Assembly (NCBI GenBank): GCA_964016885.1
Contig: OZ024747.1
Span: forward strand, 39,184,001 to 39,248,000
Direction of reading: 5' to 3'
From: Eledone cirrhosa
Taxonomy: Eukaryota
Length of the DNA: 64,000 nt
The notes under the pieces are model-generated. The model saw only the letters and a list, made by a program, of their open reading frames with translations. It searched no databases and had not been told where the DNA came from. Shown piece after piece: positions 1-17,060 of this stretch (its first letter is position 1; the number at the start of each line of letters is the position of its first letter). A program made the position numbers and the translations under genes.

Positions 1-595
1 ATAGTTAGGTGTGTGTATATGTATGTATATACACTCACAGATATACATATGTAAGTATGTACAAATGTGTGTGTATAGTGAAAATGTGTGCGTAAATATA
101 TGTATGAGGGCAAGTATATCTGTGTATATGTAACCATAGACACAGACATGATATGATTGTCTGGTTGACAGGTATACAGAAAAACAGGGTATTAGATAAA
201 TTATAAGAATATGAAGGCACGCGTATAGACACACACACACACGCGTACAATTATATGCGGAAGAAAAATAGGTAAGGGAGTGTAATAGTAAAAAGGAAGT
301 ATCATTCTCGATATATTTATAAAAATGGAACAATAATTTAGAAAGAAAAAATTGCAAAGTAAAGAAAAGAAATCAAACAAGGTACACGCGTACATACACA
401 CATATATCTATAAGAAACATATATCTATAAAAAATATATATATACACGCAATACGTGCAGACAAAAGCGTATGCAAGCGTACATACACACACAGGATGCA
501 CATATATATATATATACATACACATCGCCCCATGTATATCTAATGACGCGTACTTGCGCGACTGTATACACACACACACACATACACACACATAA

Positions 596-629
<34 letters not shown>

Positions 630-2029
630 GTACGCACACATACACATCCATACATGCAGTACGTACACACATACACATACACACACACACATACATACAC
701 TCACGCACGTTGACCCGCTAACATGCACACACATAAAAATAAGAAAATAAAAAAAAGAACATAGATGTAAAAACACAGATATAAAAACACTATTTCTTCA
801 CTACCTGATTAAACAAGTCACTTGCGTATTCCACTCCAGATATTTTCTGTTATTTCGCAGCCAATTTTATATTTTTATATTTGTACTCACTTATTTCACA
901 AGGCTGTTTTTACACCCTGTATCTATGAGTCTGAGCGTCTTTATGTGTGTATACTTTCTGTATGTGTACACGAACGCCTCCGTATGTGCGCGCGCGTGCG
1001 TATATATATATATGTGTATGTATGTGTGTTTTTATATCTGTGTTTTTACATCTATGTTCTTTTTTTTATTTTCTTATTTTTATGTGTGTGCATGTTAGCG
1101 GGTCAAGGTGCGTGAGTGTATGTATGTATGTGTGTGTGTGTATGTACGTACTGCATGTATGGATGTGTATGTGTGCGTATGTATATATATATATATATAT
1201 ACTTATGTGTGTGTATGTGTGTGTGTGTATACAGTCGCGTACGTACGTGTGATTAGATATACATGGGGCGATGTGTATGTGTATATATATGTGCATCCTG
1301 TGTGTATGTACGCTTGCATACGCTTTTGTCTGCACGTATTGCGTGTATATATATATTTTTTATAGATATATGTTTCTTAAAGATATATGTGTGTATGTAC
1401 GCGCGTACCTTGTTTGTTTTCTTTTCTTTACTTTGCAATTTTTTCTTTCTAAATTATTGTTCCATTTTTATATCTATATCAAGAATGATACTTTCTTTTT
1501 ACTATTACACTCCCTTACCTCTTTTTCTTCCGCATATAAGTGTACGCGCGTGTGTGTGTGTTTATACGCGTGCCTTCATATTCTTATAATGTATCTAATA
1601 CCCTGTTTTTCTGTATACCTGTCAACCAGACAATCATATCATGTCTGTGTCGATGGTTACATATACAAAGATATACTTGCCCTCATACATATATTTACGC
1701 ACACATTTTCGCTATACACACACATTTGTACATTCTTACATATGTATATCTGTGAGTGTATATACATATATATACACATACCTGACTATATTTCTTAAAA
1801 AATGTTTTTATATATTTTACATTTTATTTTTTTATTTTATATGTCTATCGTATTACCTTTATCTATATATATATAATTTTTTTTTGCATTTCTTGAAGAG
1901 ACTTTCCAAATATTTCTCTATGTTTTATATTGCCTCGTCCGACGAACGAATGAAGGCGTTTCTTTCGTATACGTCTTATTCGGGAAACCTCTGGTAATGA
2001 GGTAATTATATTGTATTGTTTTTTTATAC

Positions 2030-2030
<1 letters not shown>
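1..2030 (+). mobile_element. ORF-less PLE pseudo-LTR/retrozyme-like unit with a long inverted duplication; runs off the window start
   Basis: 1-~790 is the reverse complement of ~1025-1790, visible also as mirrored ORF translations. The unit ends in a hammerhead motif at 1930-2005 followed by (TA)n. Confidence 0.65.
1930..2005 (+). ncRNA. Type I hammerhead ribozyme (U4C core variant)
   Basis: ttgcctcgt-CCGACGA-a-cgaatgaaggcgt..acgtcttattcg-g-GAAACC tct GGTA-atgaggtaa. Stems I, II and III all pair and the cleavage triplet is GUA. Confidence 0.75.
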
Positions 2031-2070
<40 letters not shown>

Positions 2071-2078
2071 GTAGAGCA

Positions 2079-2618
2079 CTCTTCAGTTGTCTGCTAGGGG
2101 TCTAGAACATTTCATTGTCTTTAATGCGTTGAAATGTCTCCTTCCTGTTATTATTAACTCTTTTCCTTCCTCCCTCTCCCTTTCTTTATCTCTCCCTCCC
2201 ACTCATGTAGTCTCTCTCTCCCTCTCCCACTCACTTATCCTCTCTTTCTCTTTCTCCCTTAGTATCCCCGATTACTCTCGTCCCTCCCTTTTTTCGCATG
2301 ATCCCGTCGAGGTTTGACGTGTTTTTTGCTCGCTCTCCCTATCTTGCTCTTAATAAGGCACCGGGCTTATACCCAGCCGTCACTTTAACTTCCCCCTCTC
2401 TCTCCTCTGGTTACTTTACATACATTGGGCTGCTCCTCGTGTTCCCCTCTTATCGGTATGTTTTCTGCGTGTTCTTCTTATTTTTCCCTTTTGCATTATT
2501 TATTTTCTCTCTCTTGTTTCCTTCCATAATAACTTCCAAAGTTATTGACGAACTGGGAATAGATGTATTATTTTTAATGCGTTGAAACTTCCTAAACCCC
2601 CAGCAGACAACTGAAGAG
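2079..2618. repeat. pLTR-like fragment with short inverted arms and a truncated hammerhead
   Basis: 2079-2115 is inverted relative to 2582-2618. CTGAAGA-ggggac-cc-gtccc at 2611-2630 has no following GAAA. Confidence 0.5.
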
Positions 2619-2651
2619 GGGACCCGTCCCTTGTTTGCGTTTTCCTTTCAT

Positions 2652-2737
<86 letters not shown>

Positions 2738-3243
2738 GTGTGTGTGTGTGTGTGTGCCTGTGTGTGTGTATGGCACCAGTTTCTTATCATAAGTGAAGAA
2801 GCTCAATATAGTAACCGCAAAGAGCTAAATTTATCCCTACAACTAAATTGACCAGATGAGTCCGCTCCCCCAATGCAAAAATGTTTCAACCGCCCCTGCA
2901 ATGTAATTTCTTTTTCTAGAAAAAAAGAAACCATATCCCACATCCTCCAAATCATTGCATTAGTGTGACAGTTAAATCTTGTACATCATTCCAAATATAA
3001 TCCATCTAAAAAGGCACACAATGATATGTATACGTACATAGTGTAATCATGCAACCACACAATTATTCACTGTACATTAGTGAGACATCATATCAGCAAC
3101 AGTCAGTAAGCCTTTTCCTATCAGACGTGGTAGTAAACTTCTTCCACCACTTGTTTCCTGAGTTCCGATTCTCTGATGCAAATTGTTACATTCATATACG
3201 TTATACATACGTACATATATACATATACATATATACATATATT

Positions 3244-3321
<78 letters not shown>

Positions 3322-3447
3322 GGAACAAGTAGGACCCCGACGGCGGAGCTCAAGCAGTTTCGACGGCTAATTTCCACTCTACTAACCAAAGGTATTGAGT
3401 ACTTTGGTGCGTTATGGTCCATCTGGTTCCTTACCACATTTCCTTCG

Positions 3448-3544
<97 letters not shown>

Positions 3545-3545
<1 letters not shown>

Positions 3546-4752
3546 ATACTTTGGGAGGGTCATGTTGCCAATAAGAAACACACGCACCATTGCTTTCACT
3601 TCAATTCATTATAATAAGTTTATAAATTTAGGAATTTATAAATTTCCGGTTGGTTGGTTGGTTGGTTCCACAACCAGATTATTGTTTATATATTGTCAAA
3701 GTTCTTTCTTCACACATTATGTGACCTCTTCAGTGACTGGGGATTCTTTTCTTTGTTTCTGTGCCTCTCCTTTGTTCTGTCCTACGCCATTTGGTTTCTC
3801 TGTGTGTGTTGTGTGCTCAGTCTGCGCATGCGCCACATCCGGGTGTCTGTGTAGTGTTTATATTCATTTATTTATTTGTTTATTTACATGTTACTGGTTG
3901 GTTGTTTGTTCTATGTGCGTGTGTGTTTTCATTCTGTCCTTAATTGTAACTTGTGATGTTGCTGTTCCACTCATGTTTTCTATTTAATTTTGGTGGAGTT
4001 CATTTATGTTTATTGCCTCTGTGATTTGTCTAAACATTGCGTCTTTTCTGTGTGTAGATTCTATTTTTATTTCTATGTTCTTTAATTTACCCTTATGTTC
4101 TATTTTAGCATGTTGGTAGAGTACAGATGATTCTTTACTATATTGAAGGTCTCGCCAGTGTTCATTTATCCGTTCCCCTATACTACGAGCTGTCTCACCT
4201 ATGTACACTATATTTTTATCTCTACATTGTCCTTCAGTACATCTTATGCTATATACTAAATTTCTAGTTTTACAGTTAATATGGGGGCTTAATTTACAGA
4301 TTATACATTTTTATCTATACAGAGAGGTCTTTGAAAAGGGTATGTCTTGCTAATAAGTGTTTTTATGGAGGTACCTGGTCTTTCTACTATCTTAATATTG
4401 AGTTTATATTTATCTAGGACCCTTCTAAATTTGTAAGCTAATTCACCTCTAGGGGTTGTATCGATGCACATTACACTCTGGTATTTATTGCTATCATACC
4501 ATGAGTTTATTCTATTAGCCTTCTTCCTAGTTCTTTCTATTCTATTCCAAAATGTGCTCCTATACAAGGGGCAGGTCCCATTTGTGACGAAAGAACTTTG
4601 ACAATATATAAACAACCATCGGGTTGTGGAACCAACAAATCAACCAACCGGAAATTTATAAATTCCTAAATTTATAAATTTATTATAATAAATTGAAGTA
4701 ATACAACTGGTGCGTGTGTTTTTTATTGGCAACATGACCCGCCCAAAGTATA
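3545..4752 (-). mobile_element. 5'-truncated Penelope-like element (Naiad-like GIY-YIG end) with inverted pLTR
   Basis: ORFs 4301-4615 and 3984-4208 give LYRS.FW..ER, TPRGEL, YIGETARSIGERINEH. 3545-3720 is inverted at 4583-4752. Same family as 61715-64000. Flanked by (TA)n. Confidence 0.85.
3695..3738 (-). ncRNA. Minimal hammerhead motif in PLE pLTR
   Basis: Minus strand reads gtca-CTGAAGA-g-gtcaca taatg tgtgaa-GAAAGAACTT-tgac. A homologous copy lies at 61755-61799. Confidence 0.55.
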
Positions 4753-4814
4753 AATATATCGGTTTCAACACACATTTTCAGATAAAGAATATTGCTAAAC
4801 AAATTCAGAAAACG

Positions 4815-4871
<57 letters not shown>

Positions 4872-5016
4872 ATAAAAATACTTCAGTGCATTAGAGTTAA
4901 AGACACTCGTCGTATTAGAGAAATGACAGTATAAGATATAGCTCAATGTTATCAAACAGAGCCGAAAAATTATATAAAATTAACAAAGAAGCCTTTAATA
5001 CATTAAAAATCTTTAT

Positions 5017-5061
5017 TTGCTGACAATGTTTCGTCCCATTAATTACCAATCATCAGAGCAA
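5017..5061 (-). ncRNA. Degenerate minimal hammerhead
   Basis: Minus strand reads ttgct-CTGATGA-ttggtaattaatgggac-GAAAC att GTC-agcaa. Core and stem I are intact but stem II pairs poorly. Confidence 0.45.
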
Positions 5062-5285
5062 GGAAAAAGACAAGAAATATCATCGGCTAGAACAAGCCAA
5101 AATTCAGAAGAATAGCGAATGGATATTTAGGAAAATTTAGGAAAATTATCATGGAAAGACATGTTAAACCTAACAGGGTGCATTTGCAAATGAAAGCTAT
5201 AGGGCAAAGAGAGCAAGCAAGCATTAAACAAACCCACGTTAGAAATACAATATAAGTCTAATACTTCAAATACAACATAGTAATA

Positions 5286-5552
5286 TAATGCGAGAAATAA
5301 GATATAAAAATTGTAATATAATTGTTTCTACTTTAGGCACAAGGCCACCAATTACCCAGTGCATTACTGATACTTTATTTTATCCACCCCGTAAGGATGA
5401 AAGGCAAAGTCAACCTCGGCGGGATTGACTTTGCCTTTCATCCTTACGGGGTGGATAAAATAAAGTACCAGTAATGCACTGGGTAATTGGTGGCCTTGTG
5501 CCTAAAGTAGAAACAATTATATTACAATTTTTATATCTTATTTCTCGCATTA
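5286..5552. repeat. Near-perfect hairpin built from a SINE 3' half plus flanking DNA
   Basis: Arms are 5286-5413 and 5425-5552 with an 11-nt loop; I see one mismatch. Confidence 0.95.
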
Positions 5553-6009
5553 ATGCAATGCAATACAATACATAATACAGAAATAAAATTTTATATATAT
5601 ATATATCTACACGCACTCCGACACATATACACACACGTATACACATTTAAACATACACATATTAACACAAATATATAAATATAAGCATTATAATAGAATA
5701 ATCACCCTGACGGTGTGATTAAACAATACTAAAATCAATAAAAATAATATATTTGCATTAAAAAAAAAATAAATATATCCAACGTAACATACAAAGTCAA
5801 CAAAACGTGTATAAAAACATAATGTATTCCACAGGGTAAAAAATAATAATACTATACAATAAAATAACGTATGGTGAAAAAATATATATAACTATAAAAT
5901 AGACAATAAATATACGGAGATATAGGCAATTCAAATACATATAATATTACATATTAATATTTCAATACCAGACACACAATAGCAAGGGAGAAAGTTTTAA
6001 ACATATTTA

Positions 6010-7930
6010 CACAATATATTCATCAACACAATTTCGACATTACCATGGGTTCCAACTACTCAGCGGAGGTCACGGATCTTGTGGGAATTTACATAGCCCA
6101 CATACTACATAGTAAATTTAGTAATCTACAGGGGGGAATATACAGAGATGACGGGCTCTTATTAGTTAATAACTTAAATAACCAAAATCTTGAAAGGCTA
6201 CGGAAAAATATTAGAAAATCTTTTAGTGAACTGGGTCTAAAAATAACATACGAATACAATCTTAAAGTAGTAAATTTTCTAGACGTAACTCTTAATTTAA
6301 ATACCGGACTGATACGACCCTTCCATGAGATAAATGAGAACCTTACCTATATCAATTTTAACTCAAACCACCCACTTTCCATGATCATAGTATTTCTCTT
6401 AGAATCTCTCGCCTATCGTCTGACTCTGAGATTTTTAATGAACACGCTGAATACTACAATAATACACTAAGGAATGCCGACCACCGGGATACAATAGAAT
6501 ACATTGATAAGAATCTCCATAACACACATAGCTTTACATGAAATCAAGGAATACGTAACCGGGGGACTAAAATACAAGCACACACACGCAGTACCACCAG
6601 ACATACTAATAATAGAAAATCTTCATCAAATAAAGTATATCTGGTATAATCCTATTTTTAATGCCTCGATTAGTACAAAACTATCTCTTTCATTCTTTAA
6701 GTTAATCAACAAGCATTTCTCTAGTTCCCATAAATACAGTAAAATTCTGAACTCTAAAACTATTAGACTATCATACTCCACGGCACCAAACCTTGAAGGA
6801 TACATAAAAAAACTTAACTTAAAGCAATTAAACAATACTACAAAACACATTTTTTTGATAACAGATGGGCAGAACGCAATATCTGCCTCCCAACCAATAA
6901 ATGGGAGACGGGTATTACACAACCCACCTGTACTGCTATCACAACCTATCCATGGTATACCCGCGACCCACAACAAAAACTGCAACTGCCATCTACCTGA
7001 AAGAGATCCATTAAAGAATAAATGCCTAAAGTCCAACATTGTTTACCAATGCACGGTTGAATCGAACGACCAGAAATGGTATTACATCGGGTCTACCACC
7101 ATCTCGTTTAAATCTCGCTGGTACCGTCATCGACTCTCAATTAAACATCCTGATCACCGTTTTGTGACAACGCTGGCCAAGAAGACCTGGCAACTCCGTG
7201 AACGCAACCAACAGTTCACCTTAAAATGGGATATACTTTCCAGCGCAAGTGCATATCGGAGTGGATTGAAGTACTGTAGATTATGTAACCGTGAACTCTT
7301 TTACATCTTAAAATCCAAAAATAAACTACTTAACGATAGAATCGCACTTTTATTATACTGCAACCACAAACTAAAAGCTAAATTCTCTCACTATAAAATA
7401 ACTTAACATTCGAACCCGTAATTATAACATTGATTTCTAGCTAACCACCCTCTCTTCCCCCACACTACAAGACAATACCCTGCTTATCACTATAAATTGT
7501 AACTTAGTGCAATTCGCAGATTACTACTACGAACCCAAAGTTCACCCACCCCATAGCTTTCGTCTGTCCCCTCTCTATCTCTCCCTCTATATCCATTCCA
7601 CTCTCTCTCTCTCTCGCCCTTGGCCTACCTCCCTCCCTCTCCACATCTATGAACCTGCCCTCTGGGGCAATAAATTATTCCAACCTTGACTATCAACGCA
7701 TCGCTTAAGGTGGTCGCTTTAAGAGTAACCAGTATAATAAAACCCCTACCATAACATTTTGATTAATATATCTACAAACCACTCTCTCCTATTTCTCCAA
7801 CACCTGCATATCTTTCTCTCTCTCTTCATCTCCCCTTCTTTTCTCTCTTCCTTTTCTACTCTATCTTCTCCAATAACCTCACTTAAGGGTATTTACATTG
7901 TACATTTTAACCATTCTGCTCTGATGATAC
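6010..7930 (+). mobile_element. Penelope-like element, RT C-terminal half plus GIY-YIG (CxC-x5-C linker, Nematis-like), frameshifted
   Basis: MGSNYSAEVTDLVG..IYRDDGL..NFLDVTL..SNHP (6045-6470), then IWYNP..LSYS..CNC..NIVYQCTV..YYIGST..CRLC (6504-7406). Confidence 0.9.
6504..7406 (+). pseudogene. PLE thumb/linker and GIY-YIG endonuclease ORF fragment
   Basis: IVY..YIG motif, R..H and terminal CRLC..E..C.H as in PLE endonucleases. Confidence 0.85.
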
Positions 7931-9814
7931 AGTGCTCACAGCATTTGATTATTGAGTTTTGCAAATAGTTGTAAATTTGCACATAGCATAACTAGGCTGT
8001 ACAACCACCGTGGAAACATTTGTAAGAACACGGAATAAATTACCTCTTTATGATGTCTACCTGTTATTATTCATTCTTTATCTACACTCCGGAATACAGA
8101 AGCATCAGGAACTAAGTTTCTTCAACAATTCTTCCATTACTCGTTGAGTAACCTCTCACCGTACGTCAACCCTATCCAGTGTAGTAATTAACCATTACTG
8201 CATATAGGATAGTCCTATACCTAATATATATATATATATTTATATATATATATACAGAGAGAGTGAGGGGAGGGGGGGGGGGGCAGAAAGGCAGAGAGGG
8301 AGTAATAGACTGACAGATAGATAACATAAACACAACTTATAAGGCAGGCTTGCACCCACTCTGCAACAATCTGGTTTTGCTGAAATGTACCGGAGTTTCT
8401 CCAGTTGCTGTAAGTAGATAGAAATGATATAATTTATTTTCCCCATTTTTGTAAAGCAGGTTCCAACTTACATAATATGTACCCCAATCATCAGATTTTC
8501 AAATTAAACTATACCTCGTATAAGATCTGAATATATTCATAATCAATCTTAATAAGATTGCTTGATTTGTTAGATATTATATATTTGCGATAGAACTTTG
8601 TGTTTTATTCACAATTATAAAGTCAAATATTTCTATGGTCATCCATTGCATGTCACAATAGATTATTTCATCTATAATTACAAAACGAGTTGTTGAAGAA
8701 AGTCATGTGTGGCATTTGTTTTACATATCAGAATTATTTATCAAAGCACGTTGTTGATGTTAACATCAAAAGGTATGTTGGACGTTAATGACTGTTAGTT
8801 ATTGGAATTGTTTCTAGTATTGGTATATAATATATAAAGTTCTTTTAATTGAGTTGTGCATTATTGCTGTGTAAATTATTCGAATAACACCCTCAGGTTT
8901 CATTTTGATTGTGTTTATTACTTAGTCAATGGACAATATCAGGTGAGCTGATGTGGTTGATGTTTCATGCGAACATTTGACGAAACACGTTGCTAAAGAA
9001 ATAATTATAGAGTGTTTTACGTCGAGAGTAATGGTAAAACAATATCAAACATGAATGCGTCATTTGGTGTTATAAAGGATGATAAAAGAGCTGGTAAGAC
9101 AAAAGTAGGAATATGATGGATAGTATGGATTGAATAAACGAAGGCCCTTTCTGCTGTAAATGACATTAAACTTCACAATAACCCCAGTTCAATGAATCAT
9201 TTCCCTCTTCAATGATTTGTGTGCATGCTAATTCATCTAGATCAATTTTTCAGGATAGGTAAACCATTGAAGAAAGATTTGAATTTCTTTCCATAAAAAC
9301 TGCTTGGCAATTCTACCTCCCAAATTTCTTATTTCATCACTAGGCTCTTTCAACCTGCATCATCATTTACAACTTTGGTTTCATGAAAAGAGTGCGGGAC
9401 TACGTCCAGAATATATGTTGTTTACCCCATTTGTAAAATAATTTGGATTACTTTGTATAAATAATGAATGAATATTACATAATTAATGTACTAAATTTCG
9501 TAACTCTTCATTAAATATACTTTACTGCTTATTTAAAGATTCACTTCTTTAAAATTTTCAAATGTCAACACTTCCGGTTATATTATAACACTTATAAAAA
9601 CATCGCCTATATTTCCGTCGCTAATTTTCTCCTAATGCAGTTTATATATAATATCATCTTTTGTAAATGTATCATGGATTACTTTACTGATTACAGAAGA
9701 GAGTGTAACATAGACTTCGTTCAATTTCTGAGCATAATGTTAATTACGATTTTATTTGATGTATCATATCTACATGCATATATAATATCAATATGCACAC
9801 TACACATGCTGGCA

Positions 9815-10010
9815 GAAAACCACCCGAAGGTTGGTTTTTCTGGATTGGGGTCTATGTTGTGTTCTTGAGCAATATACTTCATTTCACCTTAATCCAGTGT
9901 ACTCAGATGAAAATAAATAGCAGCAATAGCTTGGGTCTAACCCTGCGATGAACTGATCTTCTCCAGGGGAAGTTTTTTTTTAGATTCAGTCGCTTCACAC
10001 TACGGAATAA
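9815..10010 (+). mobile_element. Old degenerate SINE with CORE-like domain
   Basis: ttgtgttcttgagcaatatacttcatttcac resembles the CORE motif GTGTCCTTGAGCAAGACACTT and is followed by aaccctgcgatgaactg. Confidence 0.5.
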
Positions 10011-11002
10011 TGATATTGTACGTGTTGTTATCTCACATTGATATAATAGAATGAAATAAATATTTTGAAACTAAAACGTCACATTGATTTTAGAGCTACT
10101 CACATTTCTGATGTATACATATTCGACGTGTATATCATCATATTTTCGTGAAGGATATTACGAAAGTGTACATACGTAAGACAGAAGCGTATGGTGCACT
10201 TACGAGAAATTATCATGCCATTGCTTTAAGGATGATGTTTCAAGGTCCCATATTTACACTTCACAAACATTAGGGATGAAGTTCTGTGTGCATTGCAAAT
10301 ATGTTTCTCACATCAATTTACATTGAATATAATGATCCCCAGGAAAGAAATAGTCAATTCACCCTTCTATTCATCTGCTATTAAAATATCAAAATGTCGT
10401 ATTTGATCCGAAGGAAACCAATTTATAAAAAGGTAACAAGATGAGTAATTTTAGTTAAGATACTAATATTTTCATATGTAACACTACTGCGCCATGCACT
10501 CGATGGAAATGATTAACGTAGGCTGTAAAATTTTCAGTGGAATGACATGAAATTACTGTCTGATGAAAGCTACGTTTGTGTTAAAAGTATATATTTCTTA
10601 GTCGCTTAGTGTAATAAACGCTCTTCAAATTCTACTGCCAATGGAGTGGTTTTGATTCACATGCATATTCACAAATTTGAAGCGTAATTCATAATAAGTA
10701 TTTCAAAGGAATAATGAATTTTACCTATTCGGATAAATTAACGAATCATGAAGAGATTTCCATTGGTATTAAGCATCACTTTTATCAAGTATTGCTACAA
10801 TGGATAGATTATATAGAAAATGTGGAAGAATAATGGAAAGAAGAGATAGATTTTAAAGTAGTAGTCATCAAATATTTATTCAGATTTATGAATGCAATGG
10901 TGTTAAAGAGAGATTCTTACAGGATTTCCTATTTAAGTATTAAAAGCTGTGTGTGATTTCGGCTTACACAGCAGTACCATATTCTTCACATCTATATCTA
11001 TA

Positions 11003-14777
<3,775 letters not shown>

Positions 14778-14800
14778 TTATCCTGTTTTCAAAACACACG

Positions 14801-14869
<69 letters not shown>

Positions 14870-14934
14870 TAGAAAGTGAGGTTTCTTTACAAAATGAAAA
14901 ATAACCGAGGTGTTCTACACGAGTGAAAGTATAA

Positions 14935-15225
14935 AGAAAAAAAGTTGAAATCGAAAATGCAACAGGAATCTTTTTTTTTTTTAAATATATATATTTATTT
15001 GGTTCCTTTACCGGTTTCGCAGTTCTTCTGCTCTTCAAAAGTAGAGTTAAGATGGAGGGTCTGTGGTTTTTCTCACAACATTGTGTGAAAAACCACAGAC
15101 CCTCCATCTCAATTCTACTTTTGAAAAGCAGAAGAACTGCAAAACCGGTAAAGGAACCAAATAAATATATATATTTTTTTTTAAAACAAGACTCCAGTTG
15201 CATTTTAGATTTCATTTTTTTTCTT
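14935..15225. repeat. Fold-back (~140-bp arms) of a Helitron-internal repeat
   Basis: Centred near 15080. The same sequence occurs at 14400-14540, 49800-49940 and 51650-51790. Confidence 0.85.
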
Positions 15226-15330
15226 TATATATATATATATATATATATATCTTCGGCAAATCACTGATGAGGGACTTATTTTATTACATGTTATCCATGT
15301 GCTACCTGCAGTATTTTTCTCTATATTTTA

Positions 15331-15374
<44 letters not shown>

Positions 15375-15390
15375 TGAGAGAGAGAGGGGA

Positions 15391-15457
<67 letters not shown>

Positions 15458-15636
15458 TGTTCGACTATCTCGCTTGTATATTTGTGTATAATATTTGTAT
15501 ATGTTTCGATATTAGCACTTCATTTATCCATACGCTCTCTTTTTTCTTCTCTGCATATTTATACGATATTGTACATAAAATATTAAAGAACAAACATCAA
15601 ATAATTTAGATTTAAATATCTATACATCTTTAATAA

Positions 15637-15810
15637 TAGTTTCTACTTTAGGCACAAGCCCAGCAATGACCCAGTGCTTTACTGGTACTTTATTTTATCG
15701 AGCCCGTAAGGATGAAAGGCAAATTTAACCTCGGCGGGATTTGAACTCAGATCGTAAAGGGACGTAACTACGCTGGAAAGCATGTCCGACCCTCTGCCGA
15801 TACTGCCACT
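15637..15810 (-). mobile_element. tRNA-derived SINE
   Basis: B box GAGTTCAAATCC, core GCCTTTCATCCTTACGGG..GATAAAATAAAGTACCAG and tail AAAGTAGAAAC. Confidence 0.85.
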
Positions 15811-16205
15811 TTAATAATATGAGTGAAAATAACACGAATAATATAACCTGGTGTGTTGTTTCATATAGAGAAGGAAAGGAATTCGAACGCCTTGGAAATA
15901 TTTTTTATAGAACATTATATGACTATACTATACTTTTCCTTATTCCCTTTCATACAATATCCTAAAATCATTACATTTTAATCCGTAATAATCAAACTTA
16001 AGTAAATTAATTACTGATGATCTTGGAATTTGTTATTGAATTACAGATTGACAACCTTATACAATTATGTATTTTCTGAATGTTTGCCACATTAAAAAAT
16101 GTCCTTTCTGATGAAAGATTTCAGATGTCTCTATTGCGCTCGACTGTCTTCGTGAAACTTTTGGTAAATGGAATAATTGTGTTGTGTTTTTTATTACACA
16201 ATTAA

Positions 16206-16261
<56 letters not shown>

Positions 16262-16546
16262 TAGTAGTAGTAGTAGTAGTAGTAGTAATAGTAGAATCGA
16301 TGTAATACATATAGTTTTAAGTTTACTTTAAAGTAATTTGACTATTTATGATAACCGATTAAATAAACCAGAAGTCTGGTGAGCTATTGATTCTAGTGTT
16401 GGGCCCGGTCGATAAAAATCGTACATTGATCTGATCAATGGCGAAATGCACATGACTCCTGAATATATTCAATGAAGATACTTTGATACCTCGTTCCTAC
16501 TAATCATTATTATTATAATTATTATTATTATACACACACACACGGA

Positions 16547-16768
16547 GGGCGGTGGATTGGCAGAATCGGTAGACGTTCGGGCGCCATGCTTAGCAGCAAA
16601 GAGTTACGGCCCCGTATGATCTGAGTTCAAATCCCGCCGCGGTTAACTTTGCCTTTCATCCTTACAGGGCCAATAAAATAAAGTACCAGTCACGCACTAG
16701 GGTCGATTTAATCGACTTTCCCCTCCCCTCAAATTGTTGGCCTTGAGCCTACATAAGAAACCATTATT
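16547..16768 (+). mobile_element. tRNA-derived SINE
   Basis: A box TGGCAGAATCGG, B box GAGTTCAAATCC, same core domain, (ATT) tail. Confidence 0.9.
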
Positions 16769-16829
16769 ACACACACACACACACACACATATATATACAT
16801 ATATATAATTTGAGGTTGTAACAATATAC

Positions 16830-17060
16830 ATCGTGCAGATCTTCTTAATAGGCCGCTTTCCCTCAAGATATCATACAGCTGTACAATAAACAGAAATACC
16901 ACCATCCCTCTCTTACACATTCTTTACGTCCCAACCCTGCAGCCAAACAGCTTTTTGCACCTCATGCACTGCAGCTGTAATTCATTAGATAGAGAGATGT
17001 CGATATACTCGGGAATATATTCAGTGCGAGATCACATGGTAATAATTATACGAGTAGTAA
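16830..17060 (+). pseudogene. Highly decayed PLE linker relic
   Basis: Plus frame reads LKISYSCT...HCSCN, matching the IRLSYS..CNC linker of the element at 6504-7406. Confidence 0.4.

Noticed and set aside
3049-3987. 312-aa ORF and the many [12 protein letters not shown] ORFs
   Set aside because: These are translations of dinucleotide microsatellites and antisense TE sequence, not proteins.
16547-16640. tRNA genes (A/B boxes here and in other copies)
   Set aside because: There is no cloverleaf; these are SINE heads followed by SINE core and tail.
16917-16974. Apparent minus-strand exon, including a CSA-UGA-G (CxxU-like) selenoprotein reading
   Set aside because: The plus strand matches a decayed Penelope linker (LKISYSC..CSC). 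No SECIS or neighbouring exons were found.
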